Source: Candidatus Acidiferrales bacterium (GTDB taxonomy: Bacteria > Acidobacteriota > Terriglobia > Acidiferrales > UBA7541). Taken from it: a stretch of 64,000 nucleotides of DNA. Numbering within the stretch: position 1 is the first letter of the stretch; each line of letters opens with the position of its first letter. The translations under genes were made by a program, and so were the position numbers. Of the stretch, positions 46,896-53,665 are shown piece by piece. The notes under the pieces were generated by a model. The model saw only the letters and a program-made list of their open reading frames with translations. It was not told the DNA's origin and searched no databases. Location: the NCBI GenBank assembly GCA_035933575.1, contig DASYYR010000071.1, forward strand, positions 6,994-70,993, given 5' to 3'.

Positions 46896-48746
46896 CTAGT
46901 CGCTCAACGTTGGCTTTGCAGAAAGCGACAACAGCCAGAAGTTGAGACAAGCGGGATTTATTTTCAGTTCTGCTTCTTCCTCGTTCATATCTGGCCGCAA
47001 CAACGACGCCGGGCTCCCATTAATATAATGCTTTAACTGGTGGGCGGGTTGCATTTTGACCAGGGGTTCTGTCTCGTCGCACTTCAGAGCTGCAAGTAAG
47101 GGGTGAAAAGGGGATGGAGTCTTCGGCCTCAATCGTATTGCCTCGGGCAGCCTTCCGCGCATCGTTTCGCGCAGCAGGTACTTGCGGAAGAACCATGGCA
47201 TCGAGGGTAAGGCTAGAAGAAAGTTCACCAACCGGAGGTCCAGAAACGGATACCGGACCTCAACCGGTTGATGTGTTGTACCAGGATTTTCCATCCGAAA
47301 CAGGAAATCCCATTGAGGCAAGAAAAGCGAGGCATAGCCTCGAGGATGGCGTGGATGAGTGTTCCAGGGAAGGTTGTCGAGTGGGCTACTCCAACGAGCC
47401 TGGAGATTGAAGCGGGCTGCCAGATCGGGCTGTATCCAGTCAGGAAAGGACGCGCGGGATTCGCGCGGCGAAAACAAGCGTCGCATTCTGCGCAAAGGGC
47501 CTCGAAGACCATCGGGCGCCTGGAACCTGCGCAAAACGTGCTCAGCCAAATCCGCAAGCGCTCGACCGGAACGCCCTTCGCGCCAAAGGTGGCTAAGGTG
47601 CTGTATCATCTCAAACTCCATCAAATTGTCGATACCTTCTCCGGAAAACAAGACGTTCACTTTAGCCGCAATCGCTTTGAATTCGCCCGTCAGAGTGCTC
47701 GGGAAGGGGTACGCAATCGGTTCGGGCCAGTGCATATTGGGATCGTCCCAGCCGTCAAGGATTCCCACGCTGTCGACCACCGAAAAATGAAGCGGAATCT
47801 GAAAAGCAGAAGCCACGGCGCGGGCAGCGCTTGGGTCACTGTCAGATGAAACGTTCTGATGGATCGACGTAAACGCGTGCAGTTCCAACGCTGGGTATTT
47901 TTCTTTATGCAATTCATGAGCCACAGCCGCGACACTTGAGGAATCGAGCCCGCCACTTAGAAGAATTCCGGCTTTGTTCGTCCGCAGCCGGTCTTCGACG
48001 GCGCTCTTAAATAGTTCACCAAAGTGTTCAATGTATTCGCGACGCCGCTGATAGTGAATCGCGCCGTCCGTGGGCGGACGCCAGTACTCTCGCAAATAGA
48101 TCCCGGAATGCGACCATCGAAGAAAGTGCGCGCGCGGCAGGCGGTGGATGTCGGCAAATGAAGTTGAGGCGGGATCATAATTCATCCCGAAAAGAAGGAA
48201 ATCCGCGATCGCTGCATCATTCAACCGATCGGAAACTGGGGGATGAAGGCGGAGGCAATCAAGTGTGTTGCTAAAGATAAAGGAATGGTCAACTTCAGCG
48301 AAGTAAAAAGGCCTGATGCCGAAATGATCGCAAGCGCAAAAAAGCTGGGCGCGCTTTGCGTCCCAAATGGCGAACGCAAAATCCCCGAGGAGGTGATCGA
48401 GACACGCCTCACCCCATGCCTCATAAGCGTGGAGGAGCAATTGAGGATCCGCATCGGAAAGGTTGACTTCCCTGCCGCTCGAACGAAGGGCATCGACGAG
48501 TTCTCTTCGGGCGTCGAGACGCGCATCTGCCACGATCCAGGTGCGCCCGTCGAGGGTTGCCGGCTGGCGTTCAGGCTCGGAATTGTTCGCATGAGAAAGA
48601 AGCGCGTGACCCAGCCCGACAGGACCGTCGGTCCAAATTTCCTGCGCGTCCGGTCCGCGGAAGGACAGCCAGTTCGTCATCCGACGCAACAGATCGGAAT
48701 CGACTGGCCTACCATCCGAGTAGGCTATGCCGACAATCCCACTCAT
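46896..48746 (-). CDS. Lasso peptide isopeptide-bond-forming cyclase (Asn-synthetase-like, C protein)
   Basis: The N-terminus is MSGIVGI, with Ser replacing the glutaminase Cys. The PP-loop is LLSGGLDSSSVAAVA. 616 aa. The start overlaps the B2 stop (ATGA). Confidence 0.85.
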   Translation of the reverse strand: MSGIVGIAYSDGRPVDSDLLRRMTNWLSFRGPDAQEIWTDGPVGLGHALLSHANNSEPERQPATLDGRTWIVADARLDARRELVDALRSSGREVNLSDADPQLLLHAYEAWGEACLDHLLGDFAFAIWDAKRAQLFCACDHFGIRPFYFAEVDHSFIFSNTLDCLRLHPPVSDRLNDAAIADFLLFGMNYDPASTSFADIHRLPRAHFLRWSHSGIYLREYWRPPTDGAIHYQRRREYIEHFGELFKSAVEDRLRTNKAGILLSGGLDSSSVAAVAHELHKEKYPALELHAFTSIHQNVSSDSDPSAARAVASAFQIPLHFSVVDSVGILDGWDDPNMHWPEPIAYPFPSTLTGEFKAIAAKVNVLFSGEGIDNLMEFEMIQHLSHLWREGRSGRALADLAEHVLRRFQAPDGLRGPLRRMRRLFSPRESRASFPDWIQPDLAARFNLQARWSSPLDNLPWNTHPRHPRGYASLFLPQWDFLFRMENPGTTHQPVEVRYPFLDLRLVNFLLALPSMPWFFRKYLLRETMRGRLPEAIRLRPKTPSPFHPLLAALKCDETEPLVKMQPAHQLKHYINGSPASLLRPDMNEEEAELKINPACLNFWLLSLSAKPTLSD

Positions 48747-49213
48747 TTTTGTGCAACCATCTTGCCGGTGACAGGACCCGCGAAAGGCGCATATCGAGTC
48801 TGTACGTCGTCCGAGTCATTGATCGCGCGCCCGGCGACCTCAATCCACGCGTGAGCTTCTAACTGATTGCCAATCTTCCTTGCGCCAATTCGCAATTGCG
48901 CCGGAATTCCCCGCCGTCGAAGTAGCCAGCACAACGCAATCGAACGGGAAAGGCAGTTTCCGCGAACGACACCGCGGCGGGAGGCAGCATCCAGCATGCG
49001 GCTGGCAGACTGAGACTCGGTGAAGATCCGGGTGGCATCACGCTGATTCGTCAAGACAGCGCTGCCGTGCCATTTTTCCGAGGCCTGCTGAATGCGTCGA
49101 AACGTGGATACGCGCAACCAGATCACCACAACTGGAAGGAATAGCAATCCCAGAAAAAAATCTCGGCGCTCCCGGCCGGAGAGATTACAAAAGCGCACCC
49201 AAGTAGCATTCAT
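48743..49213 (-). CDS. Lasso peptide leader peptidase B2 (transglutaminase-core family)
   Basis: RGNCLSRSIALCWLLRRRGIPAQLRIGAR...LEAHAWIEVAGRAINDSDD gives the Cys/His/Asp arrangement of lasso B2 proteins. 156 aa. Confidence 0.85.
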   Translation of the reverse strand: MNATWVRFCNLSGRERRDFFLGLLFLPVVVIWLRVSTFRRIQQASEKWHGSAVLTNQRDATRIFTESQSASRMLDAASRRGVVRGNCLSRSIALCWLLRRRGIPAQLRIGARKIGNQLEAHAWIEVAGRAINDSDDVQTRYAPFAGPVTGKMVAQK

Positions 49214-49330
49214 CGCGTTTACCGTAGCCGCGCTTGGCTCCTTGTTACTATAGATGCGATGACCGCAGAAAAGCGCTTAATACGGAGCACATCAGAATTG
49301 TTTCCGGCAATAATTTGTGGCCGCGAAGCT

Positions 49331-49645
49331 TCAGGGAGAATCACCAGTCAACTCCACTAGGCCCTCACGAAGCAATTTTTCAAGCAGGGCGCGTAGATCG
49401 CTTTCGGCTTGCTGCGGAGTGACATCGTATTCCTCGACGATCACGTCGCGAATCGCACTCATGTTCGTGGGTTGCTGGAGCAACTGCCAAATCCGCGCTC
49501 CGACGGGATCCAATCCATAATAGACACTGTTCTTCATGTTGAGGATGGCCGCCTCATCGCCCAGTTCGCACGAAACCTGCTGCTTCGTTGCCACGAGAAT
49601 CGCATCGTTGGTGAGGTCGCTGTTCATCGAAACCTTCCCGAACAT
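49331..49645 (-). CDS. PqqD-family RiPP recognition element (lasso B1)
   Basis: AILNMKNSVYYGLDPVGARIWQLLQQPTNMSAIRDVIVEEYDV...LLEKLLREGLVEL is a canonical PqqD-like sequence. About 100 aa. Confidence 0.85.
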   Translation of the reverse strand: MFGKVSMNSDLTNDAILVATKQQVSCELGDEAAILNMKNSVYYGLDPVGARIWQLLQQPTNMSAIRDVIVEEYDVTPQQAESDLRALLEKLLREGLVELTGDSP

Positions 49646-49808
49646 GAATAGAGGGTAGCCGTATATTCTTCAGTTCAACATCAAGAGCAGTAGGATCGCA
49701 ACCCTTAGAGATTGCGTGAAGACGACTGCGTAATTCTACTTGGATTTGCCGCGGCCGGGCAACGCCGAACTGGATTCCGAACGGCAAGTTCGGTTATAAA
49801 GACAATCC

Positions 49809-50618
49809 GTGGCCGCGGACGCGATCATCGTTCGAAATCTCGAGAAATATTTCCCGCCTTCCTATTCGGGGTGGCGGGCCCTGATGCAGCCAGTAGCACG
49901 TCTTACGCTGCGAGCGCTGGCAGGAGTTTCGCTCTCTGTCGAGCGGGGAGAAGCCGTCGCGCTGATTGGCGAAAATGGCGCTGGCAAATCCACGCTGCTT
50001 AGAGTGCTGGCCACTTTAATTGTGCCGTCGCGCGGGCAGGCCGAGATTTTCGGTTGCGATGTAGTAAGAGATGGAGCGGGCGCGCGCAGGCAACTTGGCT
50101 ATTACACCAGCGGCGACGAGGGATTTTATGGACGCTTGACTGGACGCGAGAATCTGCGTCTGTTCGCGACAATGAATAATTTAACGCGTCGTGAAGCGTC
50201 GCGGAGAATTGACGAGCTGGCAGAATTGCTGGGCATGAACGAGATATTGGACCGGCAGTCGCGCACCTATTCGACAGGCATGTTGCAGCGATTGGGCCTC
50301 GCGCGGTCTCTTCTACACGCGCCGGCAGTGCTACTTCTCGACGAGCCTACGCGCAGCCTTGATCCCTTGGCGGCGGCCGAGTTTCGCCGTTTCCTCAAAA
50401 ACGACATCGTGAGCCGGCTTGGGACGACGCTGCTCTTTGCCTCTCACACGCTCGGCGAAGTTGAAGAGATGGCAAGTCGAGTTGTATTACTTGCCGAAGG
50501 GCGCATCCTCGCATTCGATACTCCGCGCAATCTGTGTGGACGGACAGGCGCGGCCCATTTACAGGGAGCTCTCGAACGCCTGGCGGGACCGTTTTCCTCG
50601 ACGGAACGTAACGGATGA
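49809..50618 (+). CDS. ABC transporter ATP-binding protein
   Basis: GTG start. Walker A GENGAGKST, signature YSTGMLQRL and Walker B LLLDEP. Confidence 0.85.
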   Translation: MAADAIIVRNLEKYFPPSYSGWRALMQPVARLTLRALAGVSLSVERGEAVALIGENGAGKSTLLRVLATLIVPSRGQAEIFGCDVVRDGAGARRQLGYYTSGDEGFYGRLTGRENLRLFATMNNLTRREASRRIDELAELLGMNEILDRQSRTYSTGMLQRLGLARSLLHAPAVLLLDEPTRSLDPLAAAEFRRFLKNDIVSRLGTTLLFASHTLGEVEEMASRVVLLAEGRILAFDTPRNLCGRTGAAHLQGALERLAGPFSSTERNG

Positions 50619-51436
50619 ACATGCGCCTTACGATTGAAAAGTTGTGGGCCTTTTTTCGCCGTGACCTTGCGATTGCACGCGGCTATCGCAGCGCCTTTAT
50701 TTTGGAAGCTTGCGAGGCGTTGTTTGGTGTCGCCACGTTTTACTACCTTTCGCGATTCGTCGAGAGCCCTCAACTCTCGAGCGCCCTTCCGCAAGGAGGC
50801 AGCTATTTCGCATTTGCGTTGATCGGCTTTGCCTTCTTCGATTATCTGGGCGTGGCCTTCAATGCATTTGACTCAAGCCTCGAGGAGGCGCGTCAGAATC
50901 GCACGCTCGAAGCATTGCTCGTGACACAAACTTCGCTTCCCATCACGCTGCTGGGTTCCGTAATCTATCCGTTCGTTCTGACGTCCTTACGCACTGTGGT
51001 GTATCTCGGATGGGGAGTTCTCTTATTCGGGTTTTCGGCCCGCTCAGCAAACTGGCTTGGCGCGATACTGATCCTGCTGGCTTCAATCCTGGCGTTTGCC
51101 GGCCTGGGAATTTTCTCGACCAGCTACACGCTGCTATTCAAACGCGGCAATCCGGCAAAATGGATTCTTCTGGGGCTTTCTGGATTTCTCGGCGGGACGA
51201 TGTATCCGGTTTCGATTTTGCCGAAATACTTGCAGGATGTCGCGCGATTGATTCCGATCACCTATTCGCTGGAGGGTATGCGCGCCGCGCTGCTCGGCGG
51301 AGCACCGCTTCGCCTGTTGTGGCCTTCGATCGTTGCTTTGATGGTCTTTGCGGCAATTTTATTACCGCTGTCCTTTTTCACGTTTGCGTGGGCGCTGCGC
51401 CGGACAAAAATCACCGGAACACTCACGCATATCTAG
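50615..51436 (+). CDS. ABC-2 type transporter permease
   Basis: The start overlaps the ATPase stop (ATGA). 6 hydrophobic segments. 273 aa. Confidence 0.8.
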   Translation: MNMRLTIEKLWAFFRRDLAIARGYRSAFILEACEALFGVATFYYLSRFVESPQLSSALPQGGSYFAFALIGFAFFDYLGVAFNAFDSSLEEARQNRTLEALLVTQTSLPITLLGSVIYPFVLTSLRTVVYLGWGVLLFGFSARSANWLGAILILLASILAFAGLGIFSTSYTLLFKRGNPAKWILLGLSGFLGGTMYPVSILPKYLQDVARLIPITYSLEGMRAALLGGAPLRLLWPSIVALMVFAAILLPLSFFTFAWALRRTKITGTLTHI

Positions 51437-51472
51437 CTATGAATGAAAAACGGCTGGCACAGCGGAACGTTT

Positions 51473-52321
51473 TCAGTCGAAGAAACGATATCGCAAAATG
51501 GCATAGAGCGTCACCACGCCGTCGCGCCAAGTGATTTTCTTGCCTTCCTCGTACGAGCGGCCCGCGTAAGAAATCGGGACTTCGTAAATTCGCCATCGTG
51601 CCTTGGCCACGCGCGCCGTTACTTCCGGCTCGAAGCCGAAGCGATTCGAGCGCAGGCGCATGCCTCGAATGACCTCCTTGCGAAAAACCTTGTAGCAGGT
51701 CTCCATGTCGGAAAGGGTTAAATTGGTGACAATGTCTGAAAGCAGCGTCAAGAACTTGTTGCCGACGTAATGCCAAAAAAAGTGGACGCGCTGCGGTCCG
51801 CCCAGGAACCTGGACCCGTAAACTACGTCAGCTCGTCCGTCGAGGATGGGCTCGATCAGTTTGGCGTATTCACGCGGGTCATATTCGAGATCAGCATCCT
51901 GAACGAGAAGAATATCGCCACTCGCCTCGGCGAAGCCTCGCCGCAGTGCGGCGCCTTTCCCTTGGTTGTGTTCCTGAAATAGAAAATGGATGTTGCTCAA
52001 GGGCAAACGCGAGCGTCCCCCGAGAATTTCCGCCTCCGTTTCGCCGGCTTGCTGAAGGCGGTGCATCTCGGTCAGCCATTCACGAGTCCCGTCGGTGGAC
52101 CCATCATCAACGACCACAATTTCATGCGCGACGCCAACTGCCTGTACGCGCCGCAGAATCTCCTCGATGAACGCCCGCTCGTTATAGGCAGCAATGATCA
52201 CGGAAACGGTCACGGGAACTTTGCTGTCCGCATTTGCGTCGAATGCCGCCTGGGCCGTGGCAGGCCGGCGCTCCTGTTCAGATGTGCGAGAAGGAACCAT
52301 GGGTACTTGCTCACTCCGCAT
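51473..52321 (-). CDS. Glycosyltransferase family 2, polyprenyl-phosphate sugar synthase-like (DPM1/ArnC-type soluble form)
   Basis: VSVIIAAYNERAFIEEIL...VVVDDGSTDGT and VQDADLEYDP motifs. The C-terminus is KITWRDGVVTLYAILRYRF. Confidence 0.75.
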   Translation of the reverse strand: MRSEQVPMVPSRTSEQERRPATAQAAFDANADSKVPVTVSVIIAAYNERAFIEEILRRVQAVGVAHEIVVVDDGSTDGTREWLTEMHRLQQAGETEAEILGGRSRLPLSNIHFLFQEHNQGKGAALRRGFAEASGDILLVQDADLEYDPREYAKLIEPILDGRADVVYGSRFLGGPQRVHFFWHYVGNKFLTLLSDIVTNLTLSDMETCYKVFRKEVIRGMRLRSNRFGFEPEVTARVAKARWRIYEVPISYAGRSYEEGKKITWRDGVVTLYAILRYRFFD

Positions 52322-52378
52322 GAAGAGATTAACACGAGGGGTTCCACGTCACATATCGGAAGCGAATTTGCCGGTATT

Positions 52379-52434
52379 GGGTCAGTTTGAATTTTGACTC
52401 TTTGTGGCACGATCAAGAAAATTCAAACTGACCC
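52379..52434. repeat. Perfect 17-bp inverted repeat (GGGTCAGTTTGAATTTT ... AAAATTCAAACTGACCC) with 22-nt spacer in a divergent intergenic region
   Basis: Read directly. The left arm 52379-52395 is the exact reverse complement of the right arm 52418-52434. Confidence 0.9.
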
Positions 52435-52490
52435 ACCACCGATTTGCCTTCTCGATTGCGCGCCGGGGCCGGAAAAAGTAAAGTTGAACG

Positions 52491-53609
52491 GTGAAGACTC
52501 TGATGAAAGTGCCCTATTTCGATTTAAAAGCTCAGTATAACGGGTTGCGGGAAGAAATTCTCGAAGCGCTCGACCGCGTTTGCCGCAACGCATCGTTCAG
52601 CCTGGGCGACGAAGTAGCCGCGTTCGAAAAGGAATTCGCGGCGTACTGTGAAGCGAAACATTGTATCGCGCTAAATTCAGGGACCAGCGCGCTGCATTTG
52701 GCGCTGCTGGCCGCGGGGATCGGGCCAGGCGACGAAGTCATCACCAGCCCGAATACGTTCATTGCCACAGCTGAAGCAATCGCTTACACAAACGCAAAGA
52801 CCGTGTTTGTGGACATTGACCCGCTGAATTCGAACATAGATCCACAACTGGTGGAGCGTGCCATCACGGCGCGCACCAAGGCGATACTGCCGATTCACCT
52901 CTACGGCCGACCGGCCAACATGGACGTGCTCGAAGGGATTGCGCACTCGCATAAAGTGGCACTCATCGAAGATGCTTGCCAGGCCCACGGCGCGCGATTT
53001 CGCGGGCGGCGCGTCGGCGCTTTAGGCAACTCGGGCGCGTTCAGTTTCTACCCGTCGAAGAATCTGGGAGCGTATGGCGAGGCGGGGGCGTTGGTCACTA
53101 ACGATGAGCGCATCGCCGACTATTGCCGCGCGGCGCGAAGCCATGGAGAAGCGCACCGGTATTTCCACGATTTCATCGGCTACAACTACCGCATGGAAGG
53201 TTTTCAAGGTGCAGTGCTGCGCGTGAAGTTGCGCCACCTGGACGATTGGTCGGCGAGTCGAAAGGTGCTTGCGCAACGCTACCGCGAGCAACTTGGCACC
53301 GCCCGCCTCGACATGCCACAAGACGACCCGCGCGACGAATGCGCGTATCACTTGTTTGTGGTTTACGTCGATAACCGTGATTCCGTGAAGCAGCAACTTG
53401 AAGAACGCGGCATAGGGACAGCTGTGCATTACCCGCGGCCCTTGCATTTGCAAAAAGCCCTGGCGAATCTGGGATACCGCGCCGGCAATTTCCCTCATGC
53501 TGAACGTGCGTGCGAACGCGCCCTCGCATTGCCTTTCTTTCCGGAGATGACCGAGGAGCAGGTGGATTATGTCGCGGATTCGATAATGGAAATCACTGGC
53601 AAACGATAA
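52491..53609 (+). CDS. DegT/DnrJ/EryC1/StrS-family sugar aminotransferase (ArnB/WecE-like)
   Basis: VPYFDLKAQY N-terminus and FSFYPSKNLGAYGEAG PLP-Lys motif. Start is GTG 52491 or ATG 52503. Confidence 0.85.
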   Translation: MKTLMKVPYFDLKAQYNGLREEILEALDRVCRNASFSLGDEVAAFEKEFAAYCEAKHCIALNSGTSALHLALLAAGIGPGDEVITSPNTFIATAEAIAYTNAKTVFVDIDPLNSNIDPQLVERAITARTKAILPIHLYGRPANMDVLEGIAHSHKVALIEDACQAHGARFRGRRVGALGNSGAFSFYPSKNLGAYGEAGALVTNDERIADYCRAARSHGEAHRYFHDFIGYNYRMEGFQGAVLRVKLRHLDDWSASRKVLAQRYREQLGTARLDMPQDDPRDECAYHLFVVYVDNRDSVKQQLEERGIGTAVHYPRPLHLQKALANLGYRAGNFPHAERACERALALPFFPEMTEEQVDYVADSIMEITGKR

Positions 53610-53665
53610 GTTGCCAACGCCGCAACGAAAGCTCTTGCGCAGATTTTGATTCCATGACCAGCATT

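Noticed and set aside
52396-52417. A TGGCAC in the spacer of the 17-bp inverted repeat, considered as a sigma54 -24 element.
   Set aside because: The expected TTGC -12 element at the correct spacing is absent (TGGCACGATCAAGAAA). No enhancer-binding-protein gene is nearby.
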